A DNA stretch of 64,000 nucleotides from Styela clava. Its lineage: Eukaryota. Shown here in pieces: positions 11,369-23,000 of this stretch. Where the stretch lies: the NCBI RefSeq assembly GCF_964204865.1, contig NC_135255.1, forward strand, positions 17,980,001 through 18,044,000, written 5' to 3'. Below the pieces are notes generated by a model that saw only the letters and a list, made by a program, of their open reading frames with translations, was not told the DNA's origin and made no database searches. Both the position numbers and the translations under genes were made by a program. Within the stretch, counting starts at the first letter, position 1; each line of letters starts with the position of its first letter.

Positions 11369-14300
11369 CTGAAAAAATAAAAAAATAATTCAATACTCGA
11401 AAATTAAAAAGCATTTTATAATTGTTATAAATAATTTTTTTTTAAATGTTTCTAATTATATTATAATTACAATGATTTTTAAATGTTTCAACTTACCATA
11501 GGTGTCATATGGCTATATTTTTTCATCCAATCCACGCTGCGTTCACCGTTGGCGAATCGTCTTTGATTTCTGCCGCTGAAGACACTGCGGGGCGGATGAG
11601 GAGTGATTGAGTATTGTAGTTGATAGGGCTTGGATTCCAAAGTGCAAGATGTGTTGATCTCTTGTAGAGGAGATCTGGAATCGATTTGGAAGGATTTTCT
11701 CGAGTATTTCGATTGTGGAGGGGAACATATAGATTGGTGTTGGTAGAGCTGCGACGACGCGTTGTTCGAGTAATGTTGAGGGGAAGTAAACTGAGTATCG
11801 TCGAGTTGATTCTCGTAAGATGTAATCAAATTTCTCAAGTCCGTATCGATTGGACCATTTGCTGAAGACGTCATACACTCGTTTGTTGAACTAGCGTAGC
11901 CAGAATGAGCTGGAGAAAAATTTCCATGAGATGATGCTGGTGACGTCAAAGCATACGTGTTTGCTGACGTCATCGGTGCACCGGAGCAATCGATTATGTT
12001 GTTCACGTCACAATAAAAACTGTCCTCTGGAGAATGATTCATGACGTCACACTTTTGAGGCGAGCTCATTGGTGAGGGGTTAACTGGGAGGGGTGGGGAA
12101 TGGGCGTGGTTCAACCGTGGTGGCTCATTGTTGATGTATACAGGAGAGTGGGATGGACTGCCTTGGGTTGGAAACCTTTCGTTCGTCCTGAGAGGAGGCG
12201 GGGATTGTTTGAATTCTTGAATATTAGGTTGGTACATGGCGACGTTATTGTTTTGGTTTGATTGACGAAGCATTGGGGATTCCAATGTGCGAGGAGAAGA
12301 CGACGAATACGCCTCTGTGTGCATGGGCAGATCAATTGGTCTTTGAGCAATTGTGGTGTATTCCCCTCTATAATGATGCTCGGGATGTATCAGCGCACTC
12401 GTGTCGTTCAACAACGGAGGAGGCGGCATGTACATTGGGTGATGGATGGTTTCATGGTATGCTGAAGGGTGGATTCCACCATGGTACATCCCCTGGCCTG
12501 CTGCCTGGTATAAGAGATCTCCAGCTGTGTGGCGCCTCATCATCATTTTATTTGGAGGGGGAAGATTGAAAATTTCCATTCCTGTTGCGTAAGAGCCTGG
12601 ACTAAGCGCGGTTGGAGTTAGAGAACTATCCATGGAAACGCCAAGTTTTCTTTTCAATTGTCTTCGAAGTAAGGATTTCGTGTCCATGTTGTCAGCGAAT
12701 TGGGATGCCATAAGCATATGAGACATACCAGCACCTGGGCTTTGTGGGTGGCGACCGGTAGGGGACCCCATTGAGCTTGGAGACGCCATGCCAACGTCAC
12801 TGTTGAGAGCTGTTGCTAGGAGACTTGAATTCGCTGCCAAGTAGTGCCGCTTGACGTCGCTGTAGTGATCCGGGAAGGGGAGGAGATTGTGATGGAGGCG
12901 ATAATATGGGACTTCGTCTTCCCTAGAAATGAAGAAATATGAAAAATTAATAATGCTGTATTTCAAAACGTATCCTATCTGAGAGAAAATGAGGGAATTT
13001 GCAGTCATTGAGCCCAATAATTCGAAATTAGAAAATATAGAGGACAGTATATATTAGCATTGGCGGTTTTTCTAAGATGCGGGAACATGTTATTAGTGAA
13101 TACAATACGTAAGGAAGCCGTTCTACAAATTTTGAATCCCACACTAAGTATTGCCAACTAAATACAAAATATATTAGAATTAGTGAAGAATACTTACTCA
13201 ATGACAATGTAATTGCAAACGAATGAATTCGAAATTGCTTCTTGAGATTTTTCAGCCGTGACATCTACCCACACGAGTTCGCCATTTTTGTGTATCATTC
13301 TGATGACGCAAGCAAAAGCTGAGCCGTCTTCTTTAACTGTGGAAAATGAAATTAATATTTTTTTTATTAAATTAACTTGAACTTAGTCGAATTGAGACGA
13401 CGAAATTGCAACTAACGTGTGCTATTAATTGGGTTTCTTATTTTACATCTATTTGTGTGAAGGGACTGAAACCTGTGGACAGGGTTGCATTCACTTGGAT
13501 AACACAGACAGTCCCCGAACTCGTAATAGAAGTAAAATAAGGAAAATCAGAATAAAATTATGGTCTAACCTCAACCTGGTACATATACTACGGGAGTACC
13601 GATAGTTAAATATAGAAATATTTTGATAAAACTTACCAAATTTCATGTGTTGCTGACGGGCTTGGTTTAAATCTTCTGGAAAGATCCACTGGTACCAACT
13701 GGTATTGACTAGTTCGTCTGGTTCATAACCAAGGAGTGTAGCTGCATGGTTTGGCACTTCCAAGAATTTCATGTCGGGAGAATGTACTGCTTTGAATTCT
13801 GTGGGACGAGGTGTTGGGTGGTGTCTGACGTCAGTAACTGGCTTTGATTCTATTGGTTCACAAACCGCGAAGAAGGCGGTATCCGACCAATCATTGCTCA
13901 TTTCTGGTTTGTGGTATTTGCCGACGACATGAACAATCTAAAATAAGAGATTAGGAACATTTAAATTTAAAAAGAACGAAAATACGCGCATGGCCTATCC
14001 ATTTCAACTGGCTAACTAATCCCATACCAGACATGGACTGGTAATCGAAGAGGCCGTTTTCATCATATTATTAGGCCATCTTATCGGATTTCCTCTCCCC
14101 CTAGATAAATATGTAATTCAATCCTATTACACCCCGTGTCTGCGGGTATGTTGTTTGAATCCGAGATGTACAATGCCGACATTCTTAAGCCAGACGGCAA
14201 ATTTATTTGGAGTGGTGGTCTTCAACGCAAAAAAATTCGGTGCTCGCGAAGTAATCGTACAAAGATGGCGCACAACCTGAATATAGAATGTGTACCAGGT

Positions 14301-17300
14301 GAGGGTCCAGGTTGTGCGTCATCTTGGTACGAATACTTCCGGAGCGCAAAATTTATCCAGTTGATGTTTCAAACGAAAGGTCATTTTTGACTAAAAATAT
14401 CAGATCAGATGCTTATTTTTAGAAGGATTCAAGATATGCAAATAAGCCTTTTGTGAGTTTATAATTTTCTTTGCTATAATTCATTCCGAAATAGCTTATA
14501 AAGTTCAACATAAATGCACGCCAAGTGGTGTGAACTGGGGGCATTTTAAATAAGTAAGTTATCGATTCGTTGATCTGAATATCAGACTAAAATGAAGCAG
14601 ACAAAAATAGCTTTTAGTATCATTCGCTTTTTCGGTGAAGAACCGAGTTGCTCGCAGAAGACCGGAAACGTATTCGCCAATTATTTGCAAATAATTTATG
14701 AGAACAAAACAATTTTTACGTCATAATATTGCGTGAAAAGTTTTACGCGATAAATCTTATTGATATTATGACGTTTCAATGCGTCACAAATAAGCCTTAA
14801 ATTAAACTTCAAAGAACACGAACGGGTTTGATTGACGATCCTGAACAAACCAATATGAACCTGAAACAACGCCAAGTATTTATAAAGGTACTCCGGTAGT
14901 ATGTGAACCAAGGTGGCGGACGCCGGAATGTAGTATGTGTACCAGGTTAGGGTTAGGCCATAATTTCAGGTACAAATACTACGGGAGTCACTTGGCTAGT
15001 CTCTGAACTCGTAAAAGTACTAAATAAGGAAAATTGGAATATAATTATGGCCAGACCCTAACCTGGTTCACATACTAAGGGAGTACCTTCATAAATATAA
15101 TAAATAAACAAACCTTATTTTTCCACGATCGCATTTGTGTCTTCATGTATCGAGAAGTCGACATTCGGCAAAAGAATGATAATCTTCTTGGCTCACCTAC
15201 AAAAAGAAAAAATTAACGTTAAATTCCCCTCTCATCTAACTTTTTCTTCGGCAGTATTGAATTGAGAGATTTCAAGTCTTTTGTGATCTCTATCTTAGGA
15301 AATTCCTGTCGCAAGGAAAGTCCAAAGTCAAAATCCATTTTTATATCGTTAATCGCCCATTCCAACTCTTTCATCAGTGCACTTTTTAGGTTTAGTTTGG
15401 TGCTCAGGTAAAATATATCGCATAAAATAATTTGTCCTACATTTCGAATTTCGTGATGTCAAGTCACGATGGCAAACAGATGAAATAATCAAGTTTAGTA
15501 TGTGTGGTTACCAACTTTTAATACCTTTATTAGACAATTCCACTATGCGACCGATTCAAATTAATTCAAACTGTTTAAATAGCTGCTAGGATTAGGATTT
15601 GTATAGAAATCAGTCCCGCATAGGATTAATATGCGTATAATACAATGTAATTTCTTGAATCGAAACGGAAAGGGGTAATTTTGTGTCGTCGTATATAATA
15701 GCTTTTATCAGAGTGTCTTGAGTACATATTGGATATTTACCTACTACGAATTCATATTATGATTCATTTTTTTTTTATTCTGAAAGTAATTTAAGCCGAA
15801 TTTTGGTTTGTTTTTCGATTAAAAGTTGCGGTCGTATCAGTTTCATGGTATGTATACATTACAATTTTAACTCGTTTCAACGCTTTTCATATTATAGTTG
15901 GTGCAGAGTTCTTGGCTGCGGTACCATACAGTTAACAATGTCTGAAATGTACTCTACTAAGTACTGATTAACATTTTATGTATTTTATAAGTAAACATAA
16001 TAATTAACAAGTTAAAAAATAACGTGAGGTGTAATGTAACGGGTTAATGTGCAAGCGACGGAAATATCGCGTGAGAAGACGACAATGCAGTCGAATTCCA
16101 TTGTTCGGTCACAGTCTTCTGCGTCATCTAATATTCGCTAACAAAGGCAAAAAAGATCGCGCCCATTGCTCGTCTGCAAAACGATCTTTTAAGATGGGAT
16201 AACAGAAAAGCCCTTAAGCTGATAACATAAAAGAATTCTGGTCGAAAATAGCGTGAGAGAGACTAAAAAAGTTAAAACTATTCGGGTTTTGAATATTATG
16301 TGAAGTTATTTACGGTCGAATAAAAAAAACGAGAAATTTTACCATTTATGCTAAAGTTATCTTTACTGTGTAATTCTTATAGACTATATCAAAAATTTAA
16401 AATTTCTTACCGTTCTCAGACTGCGGTTGCATTTCGAGTTGGGATCTGATCATTTCATGGTCTTCTTTATCTATGATGTCATAAATACTGTCACCTTGAC
16501 TGGCAAGTTCGACCTTGAAAAGAAATTTAAAAAGCTTAGTTTTGCGCCAAATTTCACTATGTAATAATCTATAGCCGAAAACGTTTTTGGCTTTGGTGTT
16601 TGAGATGAATGTGATGAATAGTGTTGTATGCTTACCACGGTATGTCCCAAATAGTCAAGGATGTTGTCAGACGAAAATAAAATCTTTCCTTCGCGGTTGA
16701 AAACAAGCAAAAATCCGGAGAGAGAATTGGCGAAGTCGCTTACAAGGCCTGCACTGGGATTACTGCCGCTGCCAATGCACTCTAAATAAAAACAAAATTT
16801 GAATAACACCACGTCGCTAGCGTACCGTAAAATTTTCAAAAAATTGCAGAAGTCAAATTGTCTGAAAATCACGAAATTTCGGGTCCGGAAAATTTCAAGC
16901 AATCCTTCAATGTCAGCAATGTCGAATTTTTTTCTATTTGTGGTGTTATCATGACGTAAAAATCGACCAGACAATAAAGTTCACAGACGCTGATTTTCTA
17001 TATTAAACATGCAAAATCTTAAAATATATTTCCATATTTTAGTAGGTTTCAAATTTATCTAGAGACACCTGTAACCAATCAATCATAAAGACTGATGACA
17101 TTTTACCGTGAAATCAATTTATATCACAACATTGTGACGTATACAATAATTAATTATGGAAGTTCTGTTACGACATAATTTTGGTTTGTTTTCAATCAAT
17201 CAAATCTGTCAATACCTTGTTTGAGATGACTGTTATTAATGATTTTTGGTAAAATCAAAACTACTTCAATCGAGTGTCTGCTACCAATGTATGTAACATT

Positions 17301-19600
17301 AAAATGTATGCAACGACTTTTTCTCGATTTTAAATTGTTTTGCCTCTAATATAAACGAAAAAGATATTGAAAAACCTTTTTTTGTACCTTTCTTAAAAAA
17401 TGTTGCTTTTCTGATGAATGTGTTTGTCAAAGCAAGAATTCCAAGATACGAAAGTCTCTCCCGGGAGCTCTTTTTCAACGGGAGTAAGTTTTGCAGTTCC
17501 CGAATTTCTGCGTTGATCAGATCTCGCCTTTTCTTTGAGAGAATTCTCGGCTCTGGGCCGTCGTTATTAGCTTGAGACATCTGAGCTTGGGGAGCACCTG
17601 AAGCCGGAGTCCAACTGTGGAAAATAAGCAAAAAATAAATGGAAAAGTAAGGTATTTGCAACTCTGTGATTGTTTTAAATTGTAGCGGAAAACTTTTTCT
17701 GGTGGTGAGTTAATTTCCTGACCAGCCAATGTCCTTTTTTCATTCGGAATAGATAATTTATTAGTTAATAATTTAGTTATAAAATTCGTAAAAATTTTCC
17801 GTTTTTAGGACAAAAATTATCTATTTCGATAAAAACCAGATTAAGTCGATAAGGTGTTAGAATTCTTACCCGTTCATAACAGACTGTGAGAATAAAATGC
17901 ACTCTTTTTTTACTTGTATATTCGATTCTTTTGTGTTCATGACCGGGGGCAGTAACGCCTGCTGTTGTTGCATTACGTAGCTCCTAGAATACAAGAAAAT
18001 TTACTTTTATTTTCGACGGAAAATCGTTAAAAATTGGATTACACAGAATTAAATGAATAACATATTAATTATAGTTTCTCAAGTACCTATGCGAGACATA
18101 TTTATGACGTAACTATGACTCATAAATTATACGAATAAATATGATTGTGATGTCATTATAATACCTTAATCTCATTTTGTATCGAAAAGTCAACACTTAC
18201 TAATAATCAAAAATTCTATTTACCTTGGTAATAGTGAAAATAAATAATTTTATACAGAAATTCCTGTGTCTAAGTTTCATAAAACTAACCCCCAACCAAT
18301 GCGAATATTTCACCACTTAACTCAGACGCTTCATGTTTAATGTTACGCCCAGCGATAGATTTCTGGTATAGTCAATGAGGCGGATAAAGTATCGATGATG
18401 GACGAGACTCGGTTATATTTACTGAAGGATTGAATAGACGAACGCACAATAGCGACACTCTTAAGCGCAAATAAAAAGGGTTTGGCTTGTTTTATTCGTT
18501 TTGGGGAACTTATCGCCATTACGAGTGCTTTGAAACGCGATTTATATCTTAAGGTAGAAAAAGTAATATTCCAGTTTAAACTGGTTTGATCTGGGTTTGG
18601 GGAATGTTTATTATATCCCACAAGGGTGAATTGGATTACAATGAATTTAGCGTAATAAAACAATAAACTTTAATATTTTTTAAATGTATTTGGCTTGGAA
18701 ATCTTTATAAATGATATAATTATACAAAGTAAAGACGTTGAAATTTTAATCATTTCCTAAAATTTAATCAAAAAATAAAACCTTATTTTAATAAATGGTA
18801 ATTTATACATAATAACCTTAATTTTCATTCTAACAAGAGTCCGATGGCGTACAAGGCGCCAGAAATTCTTCGATAATTTTAACGAAAAAGGCATGTAATT
18901 TGCGCACCATACCTCAGCCGCCTCCTTTAATTAAAGCTATCGCCCGCGGGCAGGTCTCAAAAATAAGCTGACATCGAAAATTACTAAAAATTGCCTCGAA
19001 AACAAGCCCGGATCTAACGAAAAATAGGTTAAAAATCTATATTGAAATATTAAAACAAAATAATAAAATCAGAATAAGTCGGTCAATAACAACCTATGCT
19101 AAGTACGGCGTTGAAATTTTAAATTAAATTGAAGTCGATTTTTCTAGGTAAATAAAATGAAAATTCTAACAATAATCTTAAAAATACTTATACATATAAC
19201 AATATTTCACAAGCAAATGAGTATCATGAAACTACAACTAATTCAGTAAATACAAGGTGTCCATAAAATCTTAAATTTATTTTAAATGGCAAAGGAAATT
19301 TATCCATTTCATATATTGTTTTCGCCCTCACAGATGTATTAAATGAAGCAAAAATACTTCAACAATTACTGAATAAAAAACAACAAATCAGGTTAAGATA
19401 TATCGAGAACTGACTTCATAACAAAATTCAAATTGTAAAAGAATTCATGGACACCCTGTACTGTAAAACCGCCTAAGATCGTCGAGGGTGCATATAGCAT
19501 ATGCGGTGGTACAACGAGCCCTTTTACGAAAAAAATACCGGACTCCTTTTTTGCTCAGAAAAAAAATTATATCTTACCGTGGTTTACTATTTGGTGCCAT
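11321..19600 (-). CDS. NPAS4: NPAS4/dysfusion-family bHLH-PAS transcription factor, 10 coding exons (19600-19578, 17983-17870, 17614-17388, 16781-16636, 16513-16411, 15196-15114, 13937-13637, 13336-13198, 12922-11497, 11368-11321), 2610 nt = 869 aa + stop
   Basis: bHLH SKKRRDLINAEIRELQNLLPL...RLSYLGILAL...IRKATFF matches NPAS4/Dys (SK.RRD.INAEI.NL..LLPL....RLS). PAS-A [42 protein letters not shown]..DH matches NPAS4 [19 protein letters not shown]. PAS-B reads HSPDMKFL...LLGYEPDELVNTSWYQWIFPEDL. All nine introns are GT-AG with consistent phases. Confidence 0.9.
11497..12922 (-). CDS. NPAS4: NPAS4-like exon 9: ~475-aa S/P/H/Q-rich putative transactivation region with basic NLS-like LLRRQLKRKL
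   Basis: Within the 509-aa ORF 11488..13017; tttctag acceptor, ATG|gtaag donor. Confidence 0.88.
13198..13336 (-). CDS. NPAS4: NPAS4-like exon 8: PAC motif (IRMIHKNGELVWVDV...FVCNYIVI)
   Basis: ttccacag acceptor, GA|gtaag donor; R...K.G..VW PAC signature. Confidence 0.88.
13637..13937 (-). CDS. NPAS4: NPAS4-like exon 7: end of PAS-A, linker, PAS-B
   Basis: ttttag acceptor, G|gtaag donor; IVHVVGKYH...FFAVCEPI...LLGYEPDELVNTSWYQWIFPEDL. Confidence 0.9.
14887..15087. mobile_element. Merlin-like MITE family A in NPAS4-like intron 6
   Basis: ggtactcc...ggagtacc ends; TSD tttataaa/ttcataaa. Confidence 0.7.
15114..15196 (-). CDS. NPAS4: NPAS4-like exon 6 (EPRRLSFFCRMSTSRYMKTQMRSWKNK)
   Basis: tttgtag acceptor, AAG|gtttg donor; F.CRM PAS-A strand motif. 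Not captured in the ORF track. Confidence 0.85.
16411..16513 (-). CDS. NPAS4: NPAS4-like exon 5: PAS-A ([26 protein letters not shown])
   Basis: tttcaag acceptor, G|gtaag donor; [10 protein letters not shown] is diagnostic of NPAS4/Dys. Confidence 0.9.
16636..16781 (-). CDS. NPAS4: NPAS4-like exon 4: PAS-A N-terminal half
   Basis: atttag acceptor, GTG|gtaag donor; [27 protein letters not shown] PAS motif. Confidence 0.9.
17388..17614 (-). CDS. NPAS4: NPAS4-like exon 3: bHLH domain
   Basis: Within ORF 17299..17661; ttccacag acceptor, G|gtac donor; bHLH signature. Confidence 0.9.
17870..17983 (-). CDS. NPAS4: NPAS4-like exon 2 (SYVMQQQQALLPPVMNTKE...MNG)
   Basis: ttctag acceptor, GG|gtaag donor, open frame in phase with the bHLH exon. 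Confidence 0.75.
19253..19458. mobile_element. Tc1/mariner-type MITE family B in NPAS4-like intron 1
   Basis: ta|caaggtgtccataaa...atggacaccctg|ta. Confidence 0.72.
19578..19600 (-). CDS. NPAS4: NPAS4-like exon 1 (MAPNSKPR), probable start codon
   Basis: ATG in strong Kozak context (aaacaccATGG); donor CG|gtaag; phase 2 joins in frame to the exon at 17983. Confidence 0.6.
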
Positions 19601-19959
19601 GGTGTTTGGTACAGAACAACTTCCACGCAAAAATATAGACTCGTAAATATAAATAACTTAGTTTATCAATATTAATCTAAACAGCAGATCAATAAATATA
19701 TAAATGAATGTTTCCTTATCAACTGTACTACAACTGTACTAATATATATCACTATATGAATAAGCTTCCCAAATCAGATCAATTGATCTGTATCACAAAG
19801 CGCTCGAGAAAACAGCACAACCGCGCCGCTAGAAGTTATTGTTGAAGTGCGGCGCCTAACTCCGTACGTATGATATTTAATTCCCTATTTTTTCGTCACT
19901 TCGGAGAACATCTCTCATACCCGACCGCTTTTTTATATTTTTTTATTAAACTGAAGATT

Positions 19960-20000
19960 TCAGTGAAACGTTATCGCTCGCTATTCGTTGGTTTATAGGT
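19960..20000 (-). promoter_or_regulatory. Candidate core promoter of the NPAS4-like gene (TATAAA 19997-19992, Inr-like TCACT ~33 nt downstream)
   Basis: cctataaa on the - strand followed at TATA-Inr spacing by tttcactg, ~370 nt upstream of the ATG in a locally CpG-rich stretch. Confidence 0.3.
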
Positions 20001-23000
20001 CGCCGGTACCTCGATAGCGTTTTTCTTTTTTTCTCTCGTTTTGACAACGCTCTCTCGTTTTGTTTTAAAATAAATTTTATGTCATCTGTGTTGAATAGTC
20101 TTTTTTCTATAAAATTTCCGCCTTTATGCCGACAAACTTGTTTTAAAATTTGTTAGCTTCTGATAAAACATACTCATAAAAGAGTAAACCTTATATTTTA
20201 GCTTAAGTACTATACACTATTGTTATAGAACTTCCAGTTGCTGGCATGACTCGGGACGCTCATTATCACTAAAGACAAAAAGTGACTCCGAACATATAAA
20301 CCTCAAACTAACCACTAGTGTACTCAACGAAGTGATTGACTCGATTAAAGACTCGAACGACCCGCGACTCGATTTCAGTCGCGACCACCGCCATTTTAAT
20401 TTTAGGCTGGGTTAGATTTCTTATTGCCCCGCCTTTCATTCCTTATCTTAGCAAGTGTTATAACTTTTTTGGAAAATACGGCGCTCCAGAAGTATTCGTA
20501 CCAAGATGACGCACAACCTGACCAACCCTATCCTGGTACACATACTAGGTTCAGGTTGTGCGCCATCTTGGTACGAATACTGCGGGAGCACCTAAAAAAC
20601 ACTCTAAACAGATGAAGACGGTGCAATAATCCCAATCTAACTTATCGTATTCTAGTCCATTCGCGATGGAACAATAACATGCTGGTGCCCAGATCTCATT
20701 AAATATTTCGCTTGCGACACTAACAGCAAAAAATCACTTATGTACCTTAGTACCGTGGCTCCTATATTAGTCAAAATTTAAGGCGCTCCAGAAGTGTGTG
20801 TAGCGATATGGAGGTAACTAATTTCGTTCGCCTATTTTACATCAAGTTGTGTAAAGGCACTGAAACCTATGAACAGGGGGTTTATTCACTTGGCTAATAC
20901 AGACAGTCCCCGAACTCGTAATAAAATTAAAATAATAAAAATTGGAGAATAAATTATGACTTAACCCTAACCTGGTACAGACACTACCAAATTTAAAGTT
21001 TAGCCGTCACTGCAATTATAGCTAACTTTAATTAAAATAAAACTACATTCCTCCGCGTAAATCCTGCTTATTACAATTAAATACAGAAATTAAAATATCA
21101 TATATTTATACAAAAAACAATAGTATTCATAATTTATTTCAAATTTGCGATTTAGAGACTTGATTAGTTACGTCAGTTGTCCTCAATTTTCAAATTAGAT
21201 GTAATTTTAGGAAAATAAATAGTTACTCATGATGTCACAAAAAATTTGAAAAATTCAGTTTGATTATATGACGCAAAAATGGGAAAATTTTCTAATCAAG
21301 GTATTCAGATTTTACAGCTAACAATTTCCTTATGATATTCTTTAACGTCTTTCAATTTATGTGTTTATCGTACAATAAATCCGAGCATGGAACTAATATT
21401 ATAAAGTCTATTTGTGAGCGCGATGGTTTTAAGTTCCCACATGCTCACAATCATACACGGGGTGCTATAAAGTAGGGGCGTGCAACCTGCATCCCGCGGG
21501 CCAAATGCTGCCCGCGGAGAAGTGTCAATATCAAAAGGTGTGCGGTCCACGAAACGACTTTAATCTGGCAAGGCGAGTGATTTCAATCCCTTTGCATCGC
21601 AAAGGTTATACCTGAGTCCAATTTATTAGCTATTCAAAAGATGTTACCTCCAGAAGTATGCGCACCAAGATGGCGCACAACCTGAACATAGTATGTGTGT
21701 ACCGGTTAGGATTCAGGTTGTGCGACATCTTGGTGCGCATACTTCTGGAGCACAAAAAGATCTTACAATGCCCTAACGACTAACTTGTGCCATGCTTCAT
21801 AAAAGATACACAATATACTTGTTTATGTAGGGCGTAAATATATATAAACATTTAGCGATGCTTGATATACCTGCGTATATATGCGTAATCGACATTTTTA
21901 TAATTGCCGTTTTAGTTTTTTATATTAGGACGGGATGATTTGAAAAAATTCATTGTTAGCTGAGAACTACGTAATTATACATCCGTAATTCGATTCCGTT
22001 TGGCGTGATTTCAACTTGAATAACCTGATAAGGGTTCAAACTGCGCGGGATTTTTGGGTTCCGGGGTTATTTCCCGCTTTGCATGCGCTTTTGCTTGTGT
22101 CGTCACAAAGTAATCAAAGTGTACCTTCCAGGTAACTTGTAGCAACTTTGTCGTGATCTCTGTGGTCACGGATTCAAATATGTTTCGATTTTTAGTGTTT
22201 CTTATATTATGACCTCATAGTTGGATGTTATGAATTTAAAACTTCCCGCCATTATTGCAAATCGATAAAACTTTACTGAGTTTGTATTAGGGGAATGCCA
22301 CATACTTGACAGATTGTGAATTCTATATTTACTTGACCGTTCTAATTTTGTATAACTTAGTTTGAAATTTAAAAAGTACCAACGAAATTCGTAAAATTAC
22401 CGGAAATATCGGATATATCAATTCCCACCACTGAAAATGTTTCATAAAAATGAACGCATATAAATGAAGCTTTTAAAATAGCAACAGGCAATACATGAGC
22501 TGTGGTACATGGAACCATGTGCTACTTCGTTTCAGCAGCAGAAAACATTATCAAAGGAGAAAACGTAAACTCAATAACGTTCAAATTCTAACCTAATTTA
22601 CAAAATTTCGAACAGTTAATTTTGTTTCACTTTTACCTCGAAGTACTTTGACTGGAAAGACCTTGCAGTAAACGAAAGAATTTCACTTCTATTTAAAAAG
22701 TCTGTAATCACGAGTAAACACTTTAATTAAGACATTTTAATACAGAGTACGTTTCTACGAAGGCAAAATAATTTACGATGGAAAAGAATGTTCAAATTTT
22801 ACTAAAATTTCTATGTTGCTAGAGATGAAAGCTGTTGGGAAATTAAAAGCCCGCTTCAAGGCTTTAATGAAATAACGACAATGAAAGTGAAGTCAAGATG
22901 CAAATCGCTATGGATTCTGAATTAAAAAATTAGCATTCGCGTGCATTCATCTTAGTGGGAACATTTGTCTCAGAGAGGGCATGGATTACCAAATGTTATA

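Noticed and set aside
11543-12569. Overlapping ORFs 11543..11878(-), 12111..12350(-), 12258..12569(+), 12262..12465(+)
   Set aside because: Shadow frames of the GC-richer NPAS4-like exon 9; no recognisable domains or independent splice signals.
12923-13017. N-terminus of the 509-aa ORF as a standalone gene start
   Set aside because: Intronic read-through upstream of the acceptor at 12923; the real frame comes from the spliced PAS exons.
14944-14960. Interstitial telomere or chromosome-fusion scar from TTAGGG repeats
   Set aside because: Only two units, always at the same position inside MITEs.
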